The notes under the pieces: generated by a model
The model's input: only the letters and a program-made list of their open reading frames with translations
Told to the model about the DNA's origin: nothing
The model's database searches: none
Position numbers and translations under genes: made by a program
Source: Octopus sinensis
Lineage: Eukaryota
Assembly: GCF_006345805.1 (NCBI RefSeq)
Contig: NC_043000.1
Span: 158,224,001-158,288,000, forward strand
Direction of reading: 5' to 3'
DNA length: 64,000 bases
Shown here: piece by piece, positions 52,359 through 64,000 of the stretch
Layout of the letters: each line of letters begins with the position of its first letter
Position numbering within the stretch: the first letter of the stretch is position 1

Positions 52359-52850
52359 ATTGGTCAACAAGTTGATGACGTCTAGCTCTGCTAGAATGGA
52401 CAGGATACAAACAGGGGACAGTCATTAGTCAGAATATTGATGACGTCCTTTTCTGCTTGAATAGTCACCTAACAAGTACAGACAGGGGGCAGACCTAATG
52501 TAGCTATAAGTCGTGATTGGGCAGAATCTGGATGACGTCCCGCTCTGCTTGACTAACGAAGCGACTGGTCAAAACAGGAAACAAACAAGAGGCAGATATA
52601 ATGCAGCGATTGGTCAAAATAATGATGACGTCCCGTTCTACTTGACTAACGAAGCGACCGGTCAAAACAGGAAACAAACAAGAGGGAGTTATAATGCAGC
52701 GATTGGTCAAAATAATGATGACGTCCCGTTCTACTTGATTAAAGCCACCTAACGAAACGATTGGTCAAAACATTGATGACGTCACGCTACGCTAGATTGA
52801 CCACCTAACAGGCATTATAAAACCGAGCATTTCACAAAAACTCACTAGAA
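52359..52850 (+). promoter_or_regulatory. Array of six ATT(G/A)G-N12-TGACGTC modules followed by TATAAAA
   Basis: TGACGTC at 52376, 52441, 52533, 52626, 52719 and 52777; TATAAAA at 52816-52822. Confidence 0.65.
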
Positions 52851-53261
52851 CCACCCAGCGAACTTCCACCATGGGTCATCACAATTGCTTAAGGTAAAAA
52901 TGAATTCCTCGCTCTTTCGGAAACATCAATCTTCTGTATTGACCGCTTTCCACCACTTTGATCTGTTTTTTTGTATTGAATACGTATCGCCACCGTGGGC
53001 CACTGCATCGAACACTTTGAACATATACTTCAAACTATATATCAACTATACATGAACTATATATCAACTATACATGAACTCTAAGATGTCTGACACCGTT
53101 GTGTATTATAAATGAATTTCTTGTGTTTGACGGCATGAGCTGTCTTTTTTTATATATAACTTTTTTTGATAAGGTTCATTTCAGGAACTGAAACATGTTA
53201 TAATGTATATATAAAAATTAAAAATTGTATAATACAGCAGCATTTTCGAACTTCATTTTTT

Positions 53262-53310
<49 letters not shown>

Positions 53311-53862
53311 ATATATATATATGACATTAGCAGAAAATGGAGAAAACATTCGATCAACATACGAACAAATTGACCAGCATCGGTTAATTATTTTTTTATA
53401 TGAAACTTAACATTGCTACGGCCGTTTCGGCTACAAATGCCAGTCGATGCCTACAAAAAGTTTCCGGAAATTATATTCGTCATCTTTATAGCACATGCGA
53501 ATCTAGTACATGGAGCTTCATGAGAGTGAATTCAAATACGTAAAATAAAAGAAGGGAAGAGGGAAAAAGAAAGAACACGGCCTCGAGATGAGCCAAGAAG
53601 GCTAAATAAATTAGAATCATACAATGTTTGCAGAGTGAAGCATGGAATTGATGGGCAAAATAGTAACCTAGCAAATCATTTAGAAAAATAATTGGTGGGT
53701 TATCTCTTTTTATAAGGGTATCAGGCTGTAGAAATAATAGTAAAATATAACTAGTGCTCAAGTAAAACAATTAAAAATTGTATAATACAGCAGCATTTTC
53801 GAACTTCATATTTTACAAATATATACCTACTCGTATACGAGCTAATCCTATTATAAATATAT

Positions 53863-53926
<64 letters not shown>

Positions 53927-54501
53927 ATAGAGGGCATTTTTACACATAAATGCCTCACACTAAGAGGGACAAAGTCATTACTACCAAAATTTCACTAATC
54001 ATACCTAATGTAGTTCTTCAAAAGCAAGATTTAAAAAAAATTAATTTAGTTCTGTATCACCGTGATTTCACATTTAACTTACGTCTTATGATCCTCAGCA
54101 GAACTGATTCTGAACACATCATAAATAAACCACCAACCTTACCTAGCGAAGACGAACAGACATCTATTCACTCTGGCCAAGCACATGGAATGTTTATAAA
54201 TCATATATTCGGTAAATGGCGGGCTTTTTCGAACTGCATGTCGGGTAAGAAAAGTATTTCGGAATAAATTTAACAATTAAGGATAACTTCTTAATAAAGA
54301 ATCTTAAAAAGAAATTATCAGGTAGCTAGCGTGAAAAACCTCATAAAAGAAAAGAATTCGAAAATATTTTTTTTCTTTTGAACAAATTAATTATATTTAT
54401 ATTGTATAGACCTGCAGTTCGAAAAATAATAATTCTGTAAATAATAATAATATTTCATAAACAAAACGTATAAAATATTATCATCATTATTTCCAGGATT
54501 G

Positions 54502-54568
<67 letters not shown>

Positions 54569-54571
54569 GTG

Positions 54572-54602
<31 letters not shown>

Positions 54603-54689
54603 ATTGTATGTGTGTGTGTGTGCATATATTCTGCTTAGTTCATGTCACCGAAACACATCAAAAAGAACTTTCCCTTTAGTTTAGTGATA

Positions 54690-55245
54690 AGGGACTTGCA
54701 CAATAGAGTCTGATGCAAATACTCGTGACCTTGGACTTCGAGAACTCAAAACAACACTAGCTGAGAAACACTCTCCACCGTGGCTTATAGATTATAGAAT
54801 TTAAATGTGCCAAGAAAATGGACATCAAACACTAAGGAAAACAAAACGAAATCCCACGGCTCATCTAAAAGTTCTACCCTTTATCTACACACAACCTTAG
54901 GTGTGTGTAGATAGGAGCGTTCTTGGCAACTTAGGTGTAATGAGGCTTAGAATACAATTCAAAATCAACCAATGCTCACTAGGGACCTACAGATGAACCA
55001 CGTTCTTCAAACAAACAAATTCATCAAGTGTGAAAAACAACTGAAATTTTTAAAAAAGACTACAGAAAATGCGATGCTATACTTAACAACAACCAAATCA
55101 ATGGTTAGAAAATGCAGACGTCGAAATTGTGGAACTTGTTGCAACCTACTGGAAGATTCGGAATTCAATTTCTTATGACATAGAATCACAATTAAGACCA
55201 ACTTCACTTGCGCATCCGAAAATTTACATTATGTGATAACTTGTT
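54690..55245 (+). mobile_element. Diverged fragment of the same Penelope-like family
   Basis: ANTRDLGLRELKTTL, VRKCRRRNCGTCCNLLEDSEF, IKTNFTCASENLHYVITC parallel the 51400-51920 peptides. Confidence 0.8.
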
Positions 55246-55342
55246 TTAGGGATCTAAGGTTCTTGGCTACTAATGTTATTTGTTGTAGCCCGATTTTAGG
55301 AGTTTTTCTCTTCCAGCAGTCTAATATGTTGAGTGTATATGA

Positions 55343-55404
55343 AAATAATAATAATAACAACAACAACAACAATAATAATAATAATAATGATAATAATAAT
55401 AATA

Positions 55405-55468
<64 letters not shown>

Positions 55469-55481
55469 CAAATAATAATAA
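55343..55481. repeat. (TAA)n/(CAA)n microsatellite
   Basis: Directly visible. Confidence 0.95.
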
Positions 55482-56502
55482 CCGCCAAAACTGCGGCCTT
55501 AGATATTCTGAATAATAAATGGCAAGAAAAACCTCTCTATGGCAAATACCCAAAGAGAGCGAATAATGCAGATATTGACAAAGCCCTGACCCATCAATGG
55601 CTAATGGCCTCTGGTTTAAAATCTGAAACAGAGGGGTTTATCATAGCAGCTCAAGATCAATGCCTACCAACAAGAAGCTACCAGGCCAACATATTAAAGA
55701 ACGGCAGTAGCCCAACATGTCGTGTATGCCGACAACAAAATGAAACCATTGATCATGTTGTCTCCAAATGCAGTCTTCTAGCGCCTACAGAGTACCTCAA
55801 CAGGCATGATAGAGCTGCACAATATATTCACTGGGTAATTTGCAAAAACCTGGATTTGCCCCATGAAAAAAACTGGTGGGAACACAATCCACCTCCAGTG
55901 CTTGAAAATGACCACATCTCACTCCTCTGGAACTCCCCCATTCAAACTGACAGGAAGATAGATGCAAATAGGCCAGACATCATATTGAAAGACTTCAGAC
56001 AAAGAACATGCCTCCTCCATTGATATGACTGTCCCAATCGATATAAACGTATCTGTCAAGATCTACCAAAATCTGAGCAAATATAAAGATCTTGAAATAG
56101 AAATCAGCAAAATGTGGAAGATGAAGACTAAAACAATACCTGTTGTCATAGGTGCCCTGGGAATGATAGCGAAAGGGACTAATTGCTACCTAACTCAGAT
56201 ACCAGGAAACCCCAAAATGGCAGAAATTCAAAAGATAGTGCTCATGGGAACTGCTCATATCCTACGCAAAATGCTCTCTATGTAATCCCAAGGTTTAAAA
56301 CAAACATTTTTATTTATTTATTTATTTTATTTTATTTTATTTATTTAAAAATTTTTTTTTATGTATTAGACATTCACTAGTACAACACCAAAAAAAAAAA
56401 AACCCAAACATATGGCACAGAACTTCCAACCTGTTGTCTCTTGAGGTCTCTGGGTGAGACTTGGAGCCAACTTGTACAGACATAAAGCAAAAGTCAAACA
56501 TA

Positions 56503-56503
<1 letters not shown>
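55482..56503 (+). mobile_element. 5'-truncated R4/Dong-like LINE (REL endonuclease) between (TAA)n tracts
   Basis: WQEKPLYGKYP, LKSETEGFIIAAQDQ, CRVC...ETIDHVVSKC, YLNRHD, NRPDII..DMTVP, KYKDLEIEI, IPVVIGALG, LMGTAHILRK; one frameshift near 56023. Confidence 0.9.
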
Positions 56504-56543
<40 letters not shown>

Positions 56544-56864
56544 TAGACCTAGAAATAGAGGTGACTCGAATGTAGAATCTAAAAAAGACCTGGAAATAGA
56601 GGTAACCAGAATGTGGAATCTAAAAACAGAAACAATTCCTATCATAGTAGGTGCATTAGGCATAAGAAAATATTAAGATAAATACATAACAAAAACACAA
56701 TGATTTACAAACACATATAACATATGCACTACTGGGCACTGCCCACATCCTACGGAAAACATTTTCAATACATCAGAGCATCACAATTAAATACAGCACA
56801 TACCCAAGGCACACAGCTTCGCTCGGTAGTGAAGTGAAAGCCCGATATAAGATAAACTACTGAA
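56544..56864 (+). mobile_element. 3' fragment of a second R4/Dong-like family
   Basis: DLEIEVTRMWNLKTETIPIIVGALG and LGTAHILRK; different 3' UTR; followed by (CAA)n(TAA)n. Confidence 0.8.
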
Positions 56865-56960
56865 CAACGACGTCGACGACAACAACAACGACAACAACAA
56901 CAACAACAACAACAACAATATAATAATAATAATATAATAATAATAATAATAATAATAATA

Positions 56961-57412
56961 CCTTGGTATAAAAGATGGGCTACAGCAAATATTCTGCTCA
57001 ATACCACAGATTTGCTTGTCAGTTGTTTGACTTTGAACAGTTGGCCATGTCCCTTAGTGGCTGATGGCGTGTGCATCTCTGATCACGAGCAGAAGTAGTG
57101 GGGGAGCATCATAGCTGTGTGTTGAAAGGTTTGGATAATTCACCTTGGGAAACATGCGTGGTTCGTTCAACAATCCTTACTCAAGAACTTTGTGAACGGG
57201 ATGGGCTACTCGACCAGAAGAAAATTCTAACTGGGCCCCACCTACAAGATCATGTGCTGTTTATCTTGATATGAGATCACTATGTCGGGCATATATGGTT
57301 GTGATGCATGTGCCTGATGTACCCTTATCAGGCGGGTAGTTATGATGGGTATACTGGGCTTCGTATATTTTACCCCAGTGTCACTTTGATGGCACGCACT
57401 GCTCTCTCACTC
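56961..57412 (+). mobile_element. Non-coding retroposon-like element between (TAA)n tracts
   Basis: A complex 452-bp sequence with sharp borders, ending 'ctctctcactc' then AATAAT...; no ORF recognised. Confidence 0.5.
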
Positions 57413-57530
57413 AATAATAACAATAATAAAAAGTGATGAAGATGATGATGACGACGACGACGACAACAACAACAACATCAACAACAACGACAACAGCAGC
57501 AACAGCAACAACAACAACAACAACAACAAC

Positions 57531-57578
<48 letters not shown>

Positions 57579-57605
57579 TATAATAATAATAATTATAATA
57601 ATAAT

Positions 57606-57658
<53 letters not shown>
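57413..57658. repeat. Compound (GAT/GAC/CAA/TAA)n microsatellite
   Basis: Directly visible. Confidence 0.95.
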
Positions 57659-58090
57659 TTATGAAGAAGGAGGTCGAGCTGTGTGTGAGCTTAAATGAAA
57701 ATATGGAACTGATCAAAATAGCAACAAACATATTTTGCCAGTCGAAACAGTCTCCCAGCTGAATATTCTGCATTTCAAACAGCTGCATTCATGTAACATA
57801 ACTAAAATATTTGAAGACAATCATGGCCTAAAGAATCGATCTATAGTTTGAAACGGCTTATATGTATGTGGATACATATTTAATGTTCCATGCTGAATTG
57901 TTTAATTAATGGGTCTGACACTGTTAATAAAATAAACACGCATTGCAAGACATATTCATAAGAATGGATGATAAATATGAGATGAATACCATACTTTCGG
58001 GGAAAAAATACGTATTGAGAAGATGGTTTAAGTCTGTTCGGTCCTGAAATATTTTTCAGAACAGAACGGATTTAGACTTTTCTTTATATA

Positions 58091-58487
58091 CTCTTTTACT
58101 CTTTTACTTGTTTCAGTCATTTGACTGCGGCCATGCTGGAGCACCGCCTTTAGTCGAGAAAATCGACCCTGGGACTTATTCTTCGTAAGCCCAGTACTTA
58201 TTCTATCGGTCTCTTTTGCCGAACCGCTAAGTGACGGGGACGTAAACACACCAGCATCGGTTGTCAAGCAATGCGAGAGGGACAAACAGAGGCACACAAA
58301 CATATACATACACATACATACATATATATACGACAGGCTTCTTTCAGTTTCTGTCTACCAAATCCACTCACAAGGCATTGGTCGGCCCGAGGCTATAGCA
58401 GAAGTCACTTGCCCAAGATGCCACGCAGTGGGACTGAACCCAGAACCATGTGGTTGGTTAGCAAGCTACTTACCACACAGCCACGCC
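58091..58487 (-). mobile_element. Near full-length tRNA-derived SINE
   Basis: Head GGCGTGGCTGTGTGGTAAGTAGCTTGCT...GGGTTCAGTCCC (A/B boxes) and a tail ending in repeated GTAAAAGA. Confidence 0.9.
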
Positions 58488-60306
58488 GACTAGTTTTAAA
58501 TTCTTAAGGTCCATTGTTTCTCTGAAGTTCTGCTGGTTAGAGAAAATGAAAATGTGAAAATAGTGCGGAACGTTAGTAGATATTTTGGCACATTTTCCCA
58601 AATAAACTGGATAACAGCTAGTAAATCAATCGTCATGTCCACGATGACGGTGGAAAAAGTGTATTAATAATTGAAATAGCAACACCAAATACTAATATCA
58701 GTCTGTTGAAGAGAAGTAAAAATTTATGGTATTTTAATTGTCTTTTACACTATACAAAATTGGTGCAACAATAATAGTAAGCAATTAAGGCAGCAAAGTT
58801 AACTTTGAGGTTAATTATATACATAGATTTAGTCACTTTCTACACGATGGCAATAATGATTTCTGTATATAATGGCAAAGCATATTTTCAGAGGATATGT
58901 TCGACTAGAACTTTGTAGAAATGTTTTGCAAGAGATGCTCATTTATTTCTGAAGGAGAAACTTTAGTTTTCGAAAATGAAGAATAATAGTAAAAGATAAA
59001 TGTTAATATTAATAATATGGTCCCTGGCTTTCACAAGTACCAAGTAATAATTGTTGAATTCGATGTAAACTTTTGAACGAGACTTAGTGGAACATCAGTT
59101 TGTCACATCGTCCAGTTATTCAATAAATCTAGTAGAATACCAGTCTCCCAGGGACCCGTTCTGATTAAGAGTGTAATAATAATGACTTGTATTATAGGTA
59201 AAGTGGCGTATTTAGTAAAATGTACCAAAATATACAAATACAAATCAAACCAATGACCAATTTGTGTCACCATTGATTCGTTATTAATCACTATTTTATC
59301 TGTTCCACTACAAGTGTAATTTACCTGAGCACACGGCTGGTATTGGATACCTCTTACGCAATAATCAGTGATCTTAGAATTTCACCGCCACTGATGGACG
59401 TTTCTCGTTTGCTACTACTAGTTCTCTGATTTTTAGCAGCATACGCCTTTATGGAATGCTTTCTCAAGAATAATGAATAACGTAATATTAAGTATTCTTT
59501 AATTATTTCCACAATAACTAAGAATTTTACATGCACTCAAATACACACATACACAAACATATATATATATGTATAGAAGCGTTATATGTATGTATGTGAA
59601 TTTACTCTTGTGATTATGTCCTGGTTTGTGCATGTGTGCCTGAGTACGTGTGCGTGTACGCGTGTGTGTTTATGTGTGTGTATGTGTGTGCGTTTATGTG
59701 TGTGTGAAACTAAGTATATGCGAATGTATTTGTACATGATAACTATTACGATGGCAAGCAATATCTATAATAACTAACAACTTTGTTCCATATAGCATAA
59801 GTCACATGTAATACATGAATCATCGTCAATTTCCTATACGAGCAGGTGTTTAACTAGCTAAGTGTATCGGTGTTGATATGATTAATGTTATGATTATTTT
59901 TTGTATACAGATACGTTTAAACGTACTTCCATTCATGCACACACAAAGACACAAACAAACAATCACATACACAACAGTGTACATGCAAACACAGAGATAT
60001 AAATTTTCGTTTATAATACTCAACAAACAGTATTCAAACATTCAATACATATTATGCACAATAATATATATCACGTTTCCATTTGAATTTCGCTAAATTT
60101 TATATGTCAGTATGTATAAAAACTCACGCTATCTAATGGCAGGTATTTAGAAATATATCTTTGAAATAATAAATTTCCAATTATTTGCTGTTTTACATAA
60201 ATACTATTCCCGTCAGGCAAACACACCCTCCATGAATATATTTCTGAATTCGTTGAATACATTCAGTAACATCAACGTATCTAACTGTGTCTCTAAGCCT
60301 ATCTCT

Positions 60307-60309
<3 letters not shown>

Positions 60310-60382
<73 letters not shown>
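60310..60382. repeat. (TA)n microsatellite
   Basis: Directly visible. Confidence 0.97.
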
Positions 60383-60384
<2 letters not shown>

Positions 60385-62049
60385 GTATGCGTGTGTGAGT
60401 ATAGATGTTTACGTGTGTATTTGTAGGCGAGTCCATGAACGAAAAAGATACGGCAAAGATACAGCAAAATCAATTGGACAAACACAAATACAGTGAATAT
60501 ATTAGATTAGCGCTCAGGGAAAGTTTGAAATGGAAAAATGTAAGTAGAAATGCGGTTCCCAGTATGAATCTTCGTCGGAGAGAGGAAAATATCCTAAGAG
60601 GAGGAAAACGAGGAAGGGGCAAGTTAGTACAGAGAAAAGTACGTGTATATGTATATGTATGAGTGCGTGTGTGTGTTTGTGTAATGATATATGTAAATAA
60701 AAGTACACACATACGCACACGTGCACTGGCTGTACCGAGTACATAGTGAGGAGACTAAATGCTACTAAAATAATGCAACTGAATGAGATGCAACTCATGT
60801 TATATAGTGAAATAATCTTCCCGATTATGCTCGGTTTTTGAGTTGAAAACTACTCTCATTACACAATGATACAAGTAAATATCTTGTGTAAACCTGAATC
60901 TTTCATGTTTCCGATCCTTGGAGCACTGATGGAGAAAGAAAAGATAAAATTACATCAGTAAAATAATTGCAAAAAGCCCAGGTATAGATTCTCAGTATAT
61001 TGGATTTTATTTCTTCGATAAATTATTTTACTCGTTTCTTCGATCGAGCAGATCGGGACAATAACTAATGTCAAAATATTAGTCGACTAAAATTGCTACC
61101 TGGTAGCTAATGACGTTACCCTGCATCGCACATCAACGAAAATTTGGATTCGCCACAACAGATAATAAGAGGTGGTGGTCAACAGATTACATAGAGTTTC
61201 TAAATTTAAACCTTTTATGTTAAAAGTATTGAAAGACAGTGATTATAAAAGGGATTTCAACCGGTGCATTGATCACTGGCAAATAATGAGCCGAGATGAT
61301 TTCTTACAGCAATCTTCTTAAAAGGAATCAAGGTCACTAAAGGTCTTTAATGATTAACAGGCCCTTATGTCTTTCAGTATGCTTTTTTTCCTATAATCTA
61401 TCCTATTATTTCTTACGTAATTCAGTACACTGTTATTTGAGGGAGATGTTTCTGCTATTTCTATATGACTAATTTGTGACTTTAAATTCTTCGTATATAT
61501 TCGCATGATAAATAGTTCACGCCGGGTCATACTGCTAGTGCATGCATATACAGCTGCGTGCGTGCGCACATACACGCGAGTACTGTCCAAATCTTCGACC
61601 AATCACATACAGCTAGCTGGCATTCAATTGACGTATCAAGTTTCAGGCATTTTGGTTGGGTTTTGGATAGAAAATTCACAAAAAAGTCACTTCTATTCAT
61701 TTCTTAATGGCTTTGCGGGGTAACTGGGTATATGTAAAGATGTGCACGACCACCTTTGGATAGTTTTGAATAACCATAGAAAGTGCGAGATCTCTAACTG
61801 AATAAGTGTGGATTTGTATAAAGGACACACACACAGACATTTTGCCGTTTATATATCGAGAGATATACGCATATATAATAATATACGCATGTATATTATT
61901 TTGGAACAGTTGACAACCACAAAACATTTACACGACCGCTGTAAACTGTCGTAAACCTAAGAAATTAGTCACAATATCTGTGTATACTATACAAATTTAG
62001 CACTATTGTGCAACATTTAATTAGAAATGCGCCCTTAAATATGGTTTCT

Positions 62050-62617
62050 GATTACAAATATCTTGGATCATACATATCATCATCTGGAAAAGACTTTCTA
62101 ACTAGAAAGGGTATGGCCTGGTCAGCCTGTAATGACATGCATAAGATCGGGGTCATCAAATCTAAGTAGAGACTTCATACTTGAAATCTTCAAAGCCACA
62201 GTCGAACCAATTCTACTATATGGCTCAGAAACCTGGACGTTATCAAAGAAGCTTGAGAGGCGGTTGAATGGAACCTACACTCGCCTCCTTATGAGAGCTC
62301 AAAATATCTCGTGGAAGCGTCATCCAACCAAAATGCAAATATATGGGAAACTACCACCTGTGTCATCTCTTGTGAAAGGTAGGAGAGTCCAGTTTGCTGG
62401 ACATTGTTGTAGAGCTGAAAAAGAGGTAATTTCTACTCTTCTCCTCTGGAAGCCATCTACTCGCAATACCAGAGGGCGCACACTCTCCTACCCAGATGTA
62501 ATCTCCAGGGATACAGGCATCCAGCAACAGGACCTCCGTAATGCCATGATGGACCGTGAAGTTTGGCGTAGCATGGTAAATTCCATTGTCTCGATCACAG
62601 TCGAACAATGATGATGA
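62050..62617 (+). mobile_element. 5'-truncated RTE-clade LINE, 3' end with (TGA)n tail
   Basis: DYKYLGS, VEPILLYGSETWTL, RRVQFAGHC, AMMDREVWR; stop at 62611 followed by TGATGA. Confidence 0.88.
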
Positions 62618-63594
62618 GGAATAGTTTAGGAAATGATATCCCCAGTTAGACATTAAGGGCGCGCAACGAAAATATATATTGTGTATACAGATTACAAACA
62701 AAAATTTTCCCCTCCTTTTACTCGGGAAGATTAAAACAATTGATAATTTCTGAACATCCCTAGTACAACAGAGGAATATTCTTATTTGTTTCTGGGGGGA
62801 AGTTTATGAAACGGTTTCAGGCTGAAATAACAGCGAACGGTATGCTTTAAAACCGCGATAACAAAAGCAAAAAGCATTTGAGGGAACAGAAATCTTGATG
62901 CATTTAAATTTCAAGATACCAAGAAAGTGAAAGCACACACACATACACACACACACACACCACACACACACACACCACACACACACACACACACACGCAC
63001 ATTTCCTTGAAAACACAAAAGTTAATGATGTATGACCCGAGGCTGTTATCCATAGACTTCTGCATATGCAGCTAATACTTACATACATGTCAATAATCCA
63101 TGTCGCTAACGGACGTTGAGTATGGAAAAGAGTGTTTGTTAACTGGTAAAAAGTATGCGAATGTCAAATAAGCACTATATTTCATTGGTCTTCCGTTTTA
63201 TGGCATTGTTGTCTCATTCTTTACCGCGCTATGTAATTATTCAAAAACATAATGATATGTCATACTGAGCGTGTTAGACATCATACAATGATGCTACCCT
63301 CATATATGTAAGATCACCCAATTTAATCAACTTCATCTACTTGATGAGTGGCTTTAAGCGACACGGTGAAACGTTATTCAGGAATATTATTGTAGAAATA
63401 TTATTTCAATGAAAGAGACATAAATCTGACATAGAGAATACACACAGAAGTGATTTTGCGGGATCAAAATTAGCACTGGTGTAATGCAATTAAAATATGA
63501 AAGAGATCATTGTTATAGAAGACACTAACATCAACACTTACAGTATGAAAAATCGATTAAGGTTGGTCATCCTTTATTCAATATAATGAATAAT

Positions 63595-63845
63595 AAATGC
63601 GCCCTTTAAAGCCTAGCCATGCTGATGAGCCTGGTTTATCGGTATCAATGGTGTATGTGTTCCCCAGCTGGACTGGACGCCAGTCCATCGCAGCGTTACT
63701 CATTTTTGCCAGCTGAGTGGACTGGAGCAACTTGAAATGAAGTGTTTTGCTGAAGAACACAACGCGTCACCCGGGCCAGGGATCGAAACCACAATCTTAC
63801 GATCATGATACTGAAACTCTAGCCACTAAGCCACGTGCATCCACA
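63595..63845 (-). mobile_element. tRNA-derived SINE, third family
   Basis: Minus-strand head GTGGCTTAGTGGCTAGAGTT...GTGGTTTCGATCCC with A/B boxes, then GTTGTGTTCTTCAGCAAAACAC (CORE-like). Confidence 0.75.
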
Positions 63846-64000
63846 TTTATTAAATATACTAGACTTTAAAATTGCCCACTTTGTATATCTACTACAGACG
63901 TTACTATATATGTATCATGCCGTGATACTATGTGAACTGAATAGACCGTTGACAGGCCTGGTTCTGTTGTGCGTAGCGTTTTGCCCAGGTCCTAAAATAT

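Larger units (their letters stand above)
51324..53769 (+). mobile_element. Inverted duplicate of the 3' part of the Penelope-like element (right arm)
   Basis: Reverse complement of 47674-50010, apart from small indels, a few substitutions and one extra 93-bp unit. Confidence 0.93.

Noticed and set aside
52359-52790. Regularly spaced short repeats resembling a CRISPR array
   Set aside because: Eukaryotic retroelement context; the 'spacers' are themselves homologous (93-bp units); no cas genes.
52370-52790. Repeated GATGA motifs as tandem hammerhead cores
   Set aside because: They read TTGATGA, TGGATGA or ATGATGA rather than CTGANGA, and lack a helix II followed by GAAA.

Overview
AT-rich eukaryotic genomic DNA, most likely from an octopus or other coleoid cephalopod (inferred from the tRNA-derived SINE families and the very dense (AT)n/(TCTA)n/(TAA)n microsatellites). 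I could not recognise any host protein-coding exon. Most ORFs in the track are microsatellite artefacts, and the rest belong to transposable elements. Recognisable elements: a complete non-autonomous Helitron (1754-2937), a Chapaev3-like DNA transposon with TIRs and TTA TSD (9311-11464), a mariner (41891-43057), a 5'-truncated Tx1/L1-clade LINE inside a (TCTA)n array (33108-35611), R4/Dong-like REL-endonuclease LINEs stacked in (TAA)n arrays, CR1-group and RTE 3' fragments, many SINEs, and several Penelope-like (GIY-YIG) elements. The most striking structures are: (i) a ~6.1 kb fold-back Penelope-like element (47674-53769) whose 3' regions carry a fixed-spacing CCAAT/CRE array plus TATA box facing outward on both sides; (ii) a 366-bp GC-rich insert with an 11-bp TSD whose last ~35 nt match the 3' end of the Tx1 LINE 15 kb away; (iii) a palindromic element made of two back-to-back tRNA-derived heads; (iv) decayed minimal hammerhead ribozyme motifs. 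All calls come from reading the sequence by eye; no database search was run.
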